Shown here one piece after another: positions 45,042 to 52,137 of a stretch of 64,000 nucleotides of DNA. The first letter of the stretch is position 1, and each line of letters starts with the position of its first letter. This DNA is from a phage, in NCBI GenBank assembly GCA_036253055.1, contig GCA_036253055.1_4124.1. One strand, given 5' to 3'. The notes beneath the pieces are model-generated. The model did no database searches. It saw only the letters and a program-made list of their open reading frames with translations, and had not been told where the DNA came from. Both the position numbers and the translations under genes were made by a program.

Positions 45042-45188
45042 CTATTTTTTAGATTTACGCAAACTTTCTACCATCTCAGGAGTAAGGCCAGGCGGGTAGG
45101 AAACCACTTCATCAACGAAACGTAAAGGGAATACCCCAGCGAAAGGTGAACGTGCTTTCTTAGTATTACTCTTTTTTGATGCTTTCAT
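45042..45188 (-). CDS. Small basic protein (48 aa); paralog of 39497-39631
   Basis: Not in track; MKASKKSNTKKARSPFAG...DEVV; SD AAGGAA. Confidence 0.45.
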   Translation of the reverse strand: MKASKKSNTKKARSPFAGVFPLRFVDEVVSYPPGLTPEMVESLRKSKK

Positions 45189-45207
45189 TTCATATTCCTT
45201 AATTAGT

Positions 45208-45267
45208 GGGGAGAATCATTTCTCCCCTTCATGTAAAACATTATACGCGTTTAAAAACTAATTGCAA
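45208..45267 (-). promoter_or_regulatory. Class-1 cassette (TTGCAA-N16-TATAAT + hairpin GGGGAGAAatgaTTCTCCCC)
   Basis: Read on minus strand. Confidence 0.6.
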
Positions 45268-45467
45268 GTACTATTTGAAAGTAAATGCTCATACGCTGCA
45301 TTAACTACGTTTTCAATAACCGACTGTACAGAAAGATCCCCCACGTCCTGGCTATAGTAGAAATCGCTTACAGTGGTGTCATCGTATGCAAATACTTTAC
45401 CAGGTACTGCATCAATCACATACATATTAACCTTTAAGATGTCGATCTTATCCTGTACAGTAAGCAT
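45258..45467 (-). CDS. Hypothetical protein (69 aa)
   Basis: SD AAAGGT. Confidence 0.5.
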   Translation of the reverse strand: MLTVQDKIDILKVNMYVIDAVPGKVFAYDDTTVSDFYYSQDVGDLSVQSVIENVVNAAYEHLLSNSTCN

Positions 45468-45472
45468 ATTAA

Positions 45473-45745
45473 TTAACCTTTTAAGTACTGGCTTAAGTAG
45501 TCTTGTTGATCTTCGGTGATTGCAGCCATCTTCCCTAGTACTGGATTGATGATATAATCCCCTGTAACGTCCTGTAACGCATTCTCAGGCGGTTTAACGG
45601 CTGGGGTAGCCATAGCCATTGCCTGGACTTGTTCGACGCTGTAACGCTCATAAAGGCGGCATTCTTCCGGTGTTAACATAGCATCAGTACGCTTCATCGG
45701 TTTAATGATGCTTTCGATCTCATTCAGTACTTGATTAACGTTCAT
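45473..45745 (-). CDS. Hypothetical protein (90 aa)
   Basis: SD GGGGA. Confidence 0.55.
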   Translation of the reverse strand: MNVNQVLNEIESIIKPMKRTDAMLTPEECRLYERYSVEQVQAMAMATPAVKPPENALQDVTGDYIINPVLGKMAAITEDQQDYLSQYLKG

Positions 45746-45796
45746 GGTATAATCCCCAATATAAGCGGCCTAAATCGACCGCTAACGATGTTTTGA

Positions 45797-46066
45797 TTAA
45801 TAGGTGTATGGTTGACGCTCAAACAATGAATAGACGTTATACGCCCCGCTTATGGGCTTCGCTGGTAAATCAATTTTATATTGTTCACGCTTAAAGATAA
45901 TAAAACGGCAATTGTTTTTAACATCAAAATTGATTGAACGTTCCAGGAGTTTACCATCGTGCACAAATACAAGATAACCGCTTGGTACTTGTTTTGTAGA
46001 ACTGGTTGCAACCATAGACCGACGAACATGTGTACCTGCATCGATTAAAGTACTGATATTTTTCAT
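45797..46066 (-). CDS. Hypothetical protein (89 aa)
   Basis: SD AAGAGGAT; 7-bp inverted repeat ATGCAGA-N15-TCTGCAT upstream. Confidence 0.55.
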   Translation of the reverse strand: MKNISTLIDAGTHVRRSMVATSSTKQVPSGYLVFVHDGKLLERSINFDVKNNCRFIIFKREQYKIDLPAKPISGAYNVYSLFERQPYTY

Positions 46067-46146
46067 TTTACTATCCTCTTAAGTTGATTTAATTTCTTTC
46101 TCCTATGCAGACACTATATCAAAGTATCTGCATAAAGTAAAGCTAA

Positions 46147-46470
46147 TTAAAGATCTTTTTTGCGTTTAACATTCTGTACAGTACAATGCAACGGGATATT
46201 AAGATCATTGCACAAACGATAGAGGGAGGTTTCAACAGTATCAAGCCCGTCTACTGATTCCTTTAAGAGTGATACCGCCGTTTGTTGATATGCATCCTCA
46301 TAGCCATAAGTAAATGATTCAACCGCCAGATCATTCAAGCCGTTATCCAGTTCAACGCTTACATGACAAGAATGATAAGTATTGCCATATGAATCAGTCC
46401 AACGTTTACCGTCAACATTGATTGCATGGATTGCAGCCAGGGAAACGGTGTTGATGATAGTTTTAGCCAT
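46147..46470 (-). CDS. Hypothetical protein (107 aa); paralog of 39086-39409
   Basis: SD AAGGAA; class-2 promoter upstream. Confidence 0.6.
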   Translation of the reverse strand: MAKTIINTVSLAAIHAINVDGKRWTDSYGNTYHSCHVSVELDNGLNDLAVESFTYGYEDAYQQTAVSLLKESVDGLDTVETSLYRLCNDLNIPLHCTVQNVKRKKDL

Positions 46471-46561
46471 TTTAGTATTCCTTAAATTAATATGTGTCGT
46501 CTTGATAAAATCTATTATGCCAGTACTATCAAACTATGTCAATAGTACTGTGATAATATTT

Positions 46562-46774
46562 TTACTTACTTTCTTTCGCTGCTTTATATGTTGCCACTGC
46601 CATAACCACATCAGCACGAACAAAGTTTTTAACCGTGTCACTGTAATAATTGATCGCATCATCTATATCTGCGAACGTCCGATACATACCGCACCAAGAT
46701 ACTTTATAACCTTCTTTCACTTCTACCAGTTTAACGATAGTCTTGTTAACTTTGATTTTAGTAATGATAGCCAT
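46562..46774 (-). CDS. MAII-family small protein (70 aa)
   Basis: Start moved to ATG 46774 (MAIITKIK, SD TGAGGAAAC); track start MVLP is the cassette hairpin. Confidence 0.55.
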   Translation of the reverse strand: MAIITKIKVNKTIVKLVEVKEGYKVSWCGMYRTFADIDDAINYYSDTVKNFVRADVVMAVATYKAAKESK

Positions 46775-46794
46775 TTTAGTTTCCTCATTATCAG

Positions 46795-46852
46795 GGAGAA
46801 CCATTTCTCCCCTTGATGTAATGTATTATACTTTATTCGATTTACTTTGCAA
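46795..46852 (-). promoter_or_regulatory. Class-1 cassette (TTGCAA-N16-TATAAT + hairpin)
   Basis: Read on minus strand. Confidence 0.6.
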
Positions 46853-46861
46853 GTACTTTTT

Positions 46862-47089
46862 TTAATTTAATTCATCCAGGCAAAGGATACGCTCAACGCC
46901 CAAATCAGTTAAACTAATCGACGGCACTTGATAGGTTTCAATGTATGCTACACTTGCCCACTGACCGAACTCATTAACGGCCCAGGTATTCATTGCATTT
47001 TGCAATTCCGCACCTGCCTTGTTAGTAATGACTGCAACTACTTGTTCGTTGCCAGTAGTACCAGATACGCGAGTAATGATAATAGCCAT
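46862..47089 (-). CDS. MAII-family small protein (75 aa)
   Basis: Start moved to ATG 47089 (MAIIITRV, SD AAAGGAA). Confidence 0.55.
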   Translation of the reverse strand: MAIIITRVSGTTGNEQVVAVITNKAGAELQNAMNTWAVNEFGQWASVAYIETYQVPSISLTDLGVERILCLDELN

Positions 47090-47112
47090 TGTTTTGATTC
47101 CTTTGATTTGGA

Positions 47113-47172
47113 AGGAGAACCGTTTCCCCCTCTCGATGTAAAACATTATACGCTAATCTCTTAATCGTGCAA
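47113..47172 (-). promoter_or_regulatory. Class-1 cassette (TTGCAC-N16-TATAAT + hairpin)
   Basis: Read on minus strand. Confidence 0.55.
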
Positions 47173-47216
47173 GTACTTTTTATTACTTTTTGCAAAATAC
47201 TTTAAACGCTCTCAAT

Positions 47217-47307
47217 CGCATTCTAACGACCTTAACGCCACCAGCTAGGGCGATGTATCAGATAATCAGTTTAATGCGTTAGAATCGATTCTAGGCGGTG
47301 CTGGTGG
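47217..47307. repeat. Interleaved inverted repeats (CGCATTCTAACG / CGTTAGAATCG and CCACCAGC / GCTGGTGG)
   Basis: Two inverted-repeat pairs arranged A-B...A'-B' between a terminator and the next promoter. Confidence 0.5.
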
Positions 47308-47324
47308 ACTGGAATACTACAGAC

Positions 47325-47352
47325 ACAAAAAAGCCCACTGTTTAAGGTGGGC
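47325..47352 (-). terminator. Intrinsic terminator (GCCCACcttaaacaGTGGGC + T6)
   Basis: Hairpin then TTTTTT on minus strand, 20 nt after stop at 47375. Confidence 0.7.
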
Positions 47353-47374
47353 TAGTGATTCAGTACTTTAATTG

Positions 47375-47857
47375 TTATGCTTCAACTTTGCGATGAGCTT
47401 CGATCCATTCCTCGCGAGTCATACCGCTTTCTTTGATAGCGTCCAGTACTACCGCAATGCAGTTACCGCGTACAGGAATCAAATGTTCTTCCCCGTTATC
47501 AAGGACAACAGTAACACGTTCTTGAATCCATTTTTTAGGCTTAGATTCCGGCTTATCTTCACCGTACTTAACCGCCAGGGCTTTATGTGCCATTTCAATA
47601 ACCACTTCCAGATCTAAACCAGACACCGCCGCCTGAATACTTTCTATTGTTGCTTGCAGTTCTGCTTCACGGGCTTTTTTCTGTTCTTCCAGTTCTGCTA
47701 CCTTTTTGGCTTGTAGTTCTTTCGCTTCACTGTAAGCAATGTTAAAATTGTTGCGTACTGCTTTCATGGTATCATTATCCAGGTCAGCCAGCAATTCAGC
47801 AGCAATCACAGTATCGTTAGAAATCAGTGCTTTCAGAAATGATTTTACATTAGCCAT
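47375..47857 (-). CDS. Hypothetical coiled-coil protein (160 aa)
   Basis: Start moved to ATG 47857 (MANVKSF, SD GAGGAT); Lys/Glu-rich heptad-like segment; strong terminator downstream. Confidence 0.6.
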   Translation of the reverse strand: MANVKSFLKALISNDTVIAAELLADLDNDTMKAVRNNFNIAYSEAKELQAKKVAELEEQKKAREAELQATIESIQAAVSGLDLEVVIEMAHKALAVKYGEDKPESKPKKWIQERVTVVLDNGEEHLIPVRGNCIAVVLDAIKESGMTREEWIEAHRKVEA

Positions 47858-48049
47858 TTTATAAATCCTCAATTAAAGTTTAAGTTAGTTTATCAAAGTT
47901 TGTTTGACGTGTCCAGTTTTTCATTCGACTTACTGGCGGTCTACTTAATGTTCCCCGTCTTGATGTAATACATTCTACGCTTTTCCCTGGTAATGTCAAC
48001 TACTTTTTTAAAACTATTTTCAAAGTATACCAGTACTACGATACTACAA

Positions 48050-48078
48050 AAACAAAAAAGCCCACTGTATAAGTGGGC
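48050..48078 (-). terminator. Intrinsic terminator (GCCCACttatacaGTGGGC + T6)
   Basis: Near-duplicate of terminator at 47325; follows stop at 48097. Confidence 0.7.
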
Positions 48079-48096
48079 TAGTGATTCAGTACTATA

Positions 48097-48396
48097 TTAT
48101 AAACAATTAATTACGCCAGTGAATGTAACTTTCTCTGTATCCATTACAGTAACCGAACCGCGTTTACTTTTTGCATCGTAATAGATGGTCGTGCTACCCT
48201 GATCATCTTCTTCATGGTACGGGCCATTAGCAAACATTGCAGGGGCCAGTTCCAGGGATTTGGTAACGATCTCAGCCGTTTCCTCGTTAGTCATTGCAAC
48301 AGTGCACTGAATGAATTTTTCTTTCTGTACATCAACGGAAGCGTTAACAGCGAAAGAGGAAACAGATAAAGCCAGGGCGATGATTGCAGTTTTCAT
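48097..48396 (-). CDS. Putative secreted/periplasmic small protein (99 aa)
   Basis: N-terminal signal-peptide-like MKTAIIALALSVSSFAVNA; SD AAAGGAT; own promoter and terminator. Confidence 0.6.
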   Translation of the reverse strand: MKTAIIALALSVSSFAVNASVDVQKEKFIQCTVAMTNEETAEIVTKSLELAPAMFANGPYHEEDDQGSTTIYYDAKSKRGSVTVMDTEKVTFTGVINCL

Positions 48397-48418
48397 TTGT
48401 ATATCCTTTGTTAGTACT

Positions 48419-48474
48419 AGGGAGTATTCCCGATTAGATGTAAAACATTATACGCGTTTAAAAACTATTATCAA
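48419..48474 (-). promoter_or_regulatory. Class-1 cassette (TTGATA-N16-TATAAT + GTTTTACAT)
   Basis: Read on minus strand; weak hairpin. Confidence 0.5.
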
Positions 48475-48507
48475 GTACTTTAATATAAAAGTATTTGAAA
48501 AAAAGTC

Positions 48508-48640
48508 TTGACAACTGCATCCAGTACTGGCATAATATCTACATAAAGACGAGATAGTCACTAACCCACAGGGTGCATAGATCCGTCTATTAAATGATTC
48601 AGTACTGCAAAATAAAGGGGATCGTTTGATCCCCCTGATT
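48508..48640 (+). ncRNA. Candidate plus-strand small RNA (class-2 promoter + CACTAACCCACAGGGTGCA element + terminator hairpin)
   Basis: TTGACA 48508-13, CATAAT 48531-36, element 48559-77, hairpin GGGGATCgtttGATCCCC 48617-34; no ORF; opposite to all local genes. Confidence 0.35.
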
Positions 48641-48641
48641 A

Positions 48642-48863
48642 TTACTTAGTAAGATATAAACAAAAATCACCTTTCTTTGATACTCCGCAAGTGTAACGCG
48701 ATGAATAGTTAGAAACGTCTTGTACTTCTGCAATGACGAGCGTATCATCATTTAACTCATCGCAAAAACATACTGCGGGATCTTCTACGCCGATATTGTC
48801 GGCATGTTCCCGCATAGATTTAACCAGTGCTTCAAGCTGGGAAAGAGTAGTGATATTAGCCAT
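48642..48863 (-). CDS. Hypothetical protein (73 aa)
   Basis: SD AAGGAG; cassette upstream. Confidence 0.6.
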   Translation of the reverse strand: MANITTLSQLEALVKSMREHADNIGVEDPAVCFCDELNDDTLVIAEVQDVSNYSSRYTCGVSKKGDFCLYLTK

Positions 48864-48882
48864 TGTAAAACTCCTTATTAGT

Positions 48883-48941
48883 GGGGAGAACCATTTCCCC
48901 CTTGATGTAAACTATTATATAGTACTGGAAACTATTTGCAA
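48883..48941 (-). promoter_or_regulatory. Class-1 cassette (TTGCAA-N16-TATAAT + hairpin)
   Basis: Read on minus strand. Confidence 0.6.
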
Positions 48942-48947
48942 GTACTT

Positions 48948-49136
48948 TTAATTAAATTCCATAAAATCATTTTCAACGTGCACAACAATCTGATTATTTT
49001 TAAAGGACGCAGAAAACTCTATACAATCATAAACCGCTTTTTCTGTTACCAGACTATGAGCACCAATCGGATTAATTGGGGATTGAATTGTTTCAATCTC
49101 GTTACCCTGCTCATTTACAATTAAAATATTAAACAT
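48948..49136 (-). CDS. Hypothetical protein (62 aa)
   Basis: SD AGGAG; promoter TTGCAA-N16-TATAAT. Confidence 0.55.
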   Translation of the reverse strand: MFNILIVNEQGNEIETIQSPINPIGAHSLVTEKAVYDCIEFSASFKNNQIVVHVENDFMEFN

Positions 49137-49210
49137 TGTCGTTACTCCTGGATAGTGTTAACTCGATGTAAACAATTATACAGTACTGGAAACTAATTGC
49201 AAGTACTTTT

Positions 49211-49414
49211 TTAATTTAATTGCTTTAAAACAAAATCAAAGACACCACGCACATCATTGATCATCGCCTGGCGGTTAGCAGGTAACGCATCAGGATCGCC
49301 ACTATCCCAGGCATTAATGAAGCCACTTAAATCATGGAATACTTTATTCCGTAACCCGATCAACTGCAATTCTTTTTCTTCAAGCTCTTTGATACGTTCA
49401 ATTAAATCACTCAT
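49211..49414 (-). CDS. Hypothetical protein (67 aa)
   Basis: Start moved to ATG 49414 (MSDLIERIK, SD GAGGAT). Confidence 0.5.
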   Translation of the reverse strand: MSDLIERIKELEEKELQLIGLRNKVFHDLSGFINAWDSGDPDALPANRQAMINDVRGVFDFVLKQLN

Positions 49415-49431
49415 TAGATAATCCTCAGTAC

Positions 49432-49716
49432 TCAATTGTAAGATCCACATCGTTCGCAGTAGTGTTCATCTTCCTCATCTTCTACCACTTGCCCGATGAA
49501 ATGATCTACTTTCGCTTTCAGGTTATTATAATCGTTTTCTACTTCCTGTAAACGTTCCTGGTAGTATTCCAGGGCTTCAACAAATGCAGCTTCCTCTGAT
49601 TTTGCTTGCATCGATAAATTCATCCCGCGTGTTTCATCATATAGCCAAAAACCATCGGTGCATTCAGTTATAGATAACGTGTTAGTCAGTACTTTACTAT
49701 TAATTACTTTGCTCAT
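49432..49716 (-). CDS. Hypothetical protein (94 aa), Cys-containing C-terminus
   Basis: SD GAGGAT; C-terminal HYCERCGSYN. Confidence 0.55.
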   Translation of the reverse strand: MSKVINSKVLTNTLSITECTDGFWLYDETRGMNLSMQAKSEEAAFVEALEYYQERLQEVENDYNNLKAKVDHFIGQVVEDEEDEHYCERCGSYN

Positions 49717-49735
49717 TAGATAATCCTCATTAAAG

Positions 49736-49794
49736 GCGGGAACTATTCCCGCTCTCGATATAAAGTATTATACGTTAATCTAATTACTTTGCAA
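49736..49794 (-). promoter_or_regulatory. Class-1 cassette (TTGCAA-N16-TATAAT + hairpin GCGGGAAtagTTCCCGC)
   Basis: Read on minus strand. Confidence 0.6.
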
Positions 49795-49801
49795 GTACTT
49801 T

Positions 49802-50039
49802 TTAGTGCTTTTTATAAAACATCTCAGCGGTGATATTTTTACCCGTTGGTTGTACTTTATCCAGGATCTTTTGGTGTGCACTACGCCCGAAAGAATAAGA
49901 ACCGTAAACCGTTAGCCAGTAGTCGCCATTTTGGTTTACATGTACCGCACAATAAGGAACGCCCCGCGAATCGTCACCAATGAAGTGTGATACTGTACCC
50001 GTTACGTTTGGCGTTGTAGTTTTGATTTGTTCGATCATT
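49802..50039 (-). CDS. Hypothetical protein (78 aa)
   Basis: Start moved to ATG 50039 (MIEQIK, SD AGGAG) downstream of hairpin GGCGGGGAAtggTTCCCGCC. Confidence 0.5.
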
Positions 50040-50096
50040 TCTCTTACTCCTGGGATATAGGCGGGAACCATTCCCCGCCATTGATTCAGTACTGAA

Positions 50097-50708
50097 TTAA
50101 TATTCGATAGATTCTACTACATCGTCGATAACGTTAAATTGATATTCGTTACCCTCAATCAGTCCTACAATGTTTTCAGTAGTAAACTGGTCTTCATAAG
50201 CATTTTCTAAATCACGGTACAGCTTACAAGATAATTCTCGGATAGTATCAGTCAGTAAGTTTTCCAGATCCTCAGCCAATGCAGCCTGTTTTACAGTTAA
50301 ATCAGTGTAGCGAGTATCAACGCAACCGCCTACCGTGTTTTCGTGAGCGTAGCGTGATTGGGAACGTTCTACACTCATTTCCAAATCATCTTCGTTCAAC
50401 AGGTGACGGATGGAACGATATTTCGTTAACGCCTTAACCTTGCGTAAAAACTTCTCAGCGTCAACGTGGTCAGTACTGATTGATGCACCGTCACCTTGCG
50501 ACCAAAAACCACTGTATTGCAATTCAGCTTCATCTATGCCGTATTCTGGCAGTACTGTTTCTTTATAGTATTCCAGTACTGATTCAGCAAAGAAATTATC
50601 CTCACTTGCACGTTCCCGATCCCGAACCAGTTCGATAGCCGCCGCTTGTTGTTCTGCGTTCAGTTCAGAAAAATCCATAACGAAAGTAGTAGTAGTGATA
50701 GTTTTCAT
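50097..50708 (-). CDS. Hypothetical acidic protein (203 aa)
   Basis: SD TGAGGGT; tandem promoters with structured element X copy 2 between them. Confidence 0.65.
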   Translation of the reverse strand: MKTITTTTFVMDFSELNAEQQAAAIELVRDRERASEDNFFAESVLEYYKETVLPEYGIDEAELQYSGFWSQGDGASISTDHVDAEKFLRKVKALTKYRSIRHLLNEDDLEMSVERSQSRYAHENTVGGCVDTRYTDLTVKQAALAEDLENLLTDTIRELSCKLYRDLENAYEDQFTTENIVGLIEGNEYQFNVIDDVVESIEY

Positions 50709-50778
50709 TTTGTAACCCTCATTCAGTAGTTGATGTAAGTATTATACGCTTTTAAAAACAATTGTCAAACTATTTTAT

Positions 50779-50886
50779 CAGGGGAGTTTTTCGTGTGCCT
50801 TACTCCTGGGCTACTTAACGGGAAGTTACTTATTTCGTTCCCCGTCCTGATGTAAAACATTATACGCCTTTAAACATAGTTTGCAA
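50779..50886 (-). ncRNA. Candidate structured leader/sRNA element X (copy 2)
   Basis: About 90% identical to 39968-40074; frame-disrupting differences argue against a peptide. Confidence 0.35.
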
Positions 50887-50931
50887 GTACTTTTTGAAAA
50901 TAGTTTTTATCTCTTTCATATAGATACATTC

Positions 50932-51001
50932 CCGCACCCTATGGGCTATCGCCTTGTGTCCGGCTTGTAAGTATTATCTCACTAAGCCGGATAACGGTCA
51001 A
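50932..51001 (-). promoter_or_regulatory. Class-2-like promoter (TTGACC..TAATAC) + conserved CCCATAGGGTGCGGG element + hairpin CCGGCTT-N17-AAGCCGG
   Basis: Same promoter-to-element arrangement as 42498-42567. Confidence 0.4.
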
Positions 51002-51007
51002 GTACTT

Positions 51008-51274
51008 TTATTCAAGTACTGCAATCTTTTTAGTACTGTACACAGTAACGCGGTTGCCCTTGCGGTCGTGCTTTATTTCTACCACGCGACGCGATACACT
51101 ATCAGGACGCTTTAAAGCAGATAGCCAGTACTGAATTGATCGGGCTGTACTTTGCTTTACTACGGCCCAACGTTTACCACGTTCAGATTGTACGCCCATA
51201 TCTTTAAACGTTGCCCCGTCCTGGCGTGCTGCAATCCGAGCTAGTTCACGCGTCGCAAAATATGTAATAGTCAT
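51008..51274 (-). CDS. Hypothetical protein (88 aa); paralog of 38591-38986
   Basis: Start moved to ATG 51274 (MTITYFATREL, SD AGGGGT). Confidence 0.55.
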   Translation of the reverse strand: MTITYFATRELARIAARQDGATFKDMGVQSERGKRWAVVKQSTARSIQYWLSALKRPDSVSRRVVEIKHDRKGNRVTVYSTKKIAVLE

Positions 51275-51357
51275 GCTGTTACCCCTATCGTTGATGTACA
51301 AAAAGAACTTTATTATAAAGTACTATCACCGTGCAATAGTACTTTTAATCTATTCTC

Positions 51358-51597
51358 TTACATTCCAACCATCGCCGCACGGATCGCAGTAGTACTATAC
51401 TTAAAGCCGTCCGGTGTTTTATCTTGTCCAGTCTGTTCTAAAAATAGCATCATATGACGGGCCGCATCATTACGATTAGTGTTAGCGGCAATAAAGTCCT
51501 GGGCCAACCGGTATAATGATTCGTCGTTATTAATCCAAAGGCTTACATTCCATTGAGTTTTGTTTTTGTGTCCTAAGAACATTTTTGATTTAGCCAT
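51358..51597 (-). CDS. Hypothetical protein (79 aa)
   Basis: Start moved to ATG 51597 (MAKSKMF, SD AAGAGGAT). Confidence 0.55.
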   Translation of the reverse strand: MAKSKMFLGHKNKTQWNVSLWINNDESLYRLAQDFIAANTNRNDAARHMMLFLEQTGQDKTPDGFKYSTTAIRAAMVGM

Positions 51598-51618
51598 TTT
51601 TAAATCCTCTTTATTATA

Positions 51619-51677
51619 GTGGGGAACTATTCCCCACCTGATGTAAAACATTATACGCTTTTAAACTTAGTTTGCAA
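51619..51677 (-). promoter_or_regulatory. Class-1 cassette (TTGCAA-N16-TATAAT + hairpin GTGGGGAAtagTTCCCCAC)
   Basis: Read on minus strand. Confidence 0.65.
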
Positions 51678-51691
51678 GTACTTTATTAAAC

Positions 51692-52054
51692 TTATTCGTA
51701 AATCTTGCCACTGTCAGCCCATACCAGGAAACGAGGCATATTATCCCATGCATCTTGTTTTAAGTTTAAGCCGTGTAATACTTCTGTACTTTCCATTCCT
51801 GGTACTGGCTTGCTATACACTGCAAACATTTCGCCCATGTACTGATAAGCCATCGTTAAATCAGTCTGGATCATCTTATGGATCATTGCATCCAGCATTG
51901 CAGTAGCGGCATACTGTTCACGCTTAAGCGGCAGCATTGCAATCAATTCCCGATAAGCTGCAATGTGAATCCGTACAGTCTCAGCGGGAAGATCTTTCAT
52001 CTCTTCACGGAAAGAAACCAGGTTAAGCATGATAGTATTGATTTGAGTCGCCAT
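51692..52054 (-). CDS. Hypothetical protein (120 aa)
   Basis: Start moved to ATG 52054 (MATQINT); first gene of the middle module. Confidence 0.55.
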   Translation of the reverse strand: MATQINTIMLNLVSFREEMKDLPAETVRIHIAAYRELIAMLPLKREQYAATAMLDAMIHKMIQTDLTMAYQYMGEMFAVYSKPVPGMESTEVLHGLNLKQDAWDNMPRFLVWADSGKIYE

Positions 52055-52077
52055 CGTTTTAATCTCTTTTAAAGTGT

Positions 52078-52137
52078 AGCGGGAAGTGTTCCCGCTCTCG
52101 ATGTAAAACATTCTACACCTTTCCCAATACTTTGCAA
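52078..52137 (-). promoter_or_regulatory. Class-1 cassette (TTGCAA-N16-TAGAAT + hairpin AGCGGGAAcacTTCCCGCT)
   Basis: Read on minus strand; most upstream cassette of the module. Confidence 0.6.

Noticed and set aside
47375-47857. H-NS-like nucleoid protein assignment for the 160-aa coiled-coil protein
   Set aside because: The N-terminal coiled coil is compatible, but the C-terminal H-NS DNA-binding signature (TWTGQGRTP-like) is absent; left as hypothetical.
730-48511. Plus-strand ORFs in the track lying inside minus-strand gene arrays (e.g. 730-981, 875-1078, 3647-3856, 15920-16372, 40851-41231, 44418-44693, 46382-46816)
   Set aside because: All are antisense to well-supported, tightly packed minus-strand genes, lack SD sequences and family resemblance, and are the usual shadow ORFs of AT-rich DNA.
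36916-52111. Track N-terminal extensions beginning MFYIERG..., MVLPPKL..., MVLPNNRR..., MVLPDNEE...
   Set aside because: These are translations of the conserved promoter/hairpin cassette (TATAATGTTTTACAT..., ATGGTTCTCCC); genuine starts are the SD-preceded ATGs downstream. Several track starts are also GTG/TTG codons inside cassettes.
34469-52137. GGGGAGAA-N3-TTCTCCCC hairpins as intrinsic terminators
   Set aside because: On the transcribed (minus) strand they are followed by SD and coding sequence, not a U-tract, and sit just downstream of a -10 box. True terminators here have a T-run (38542, 47325, 48050, repeat copies A-D).
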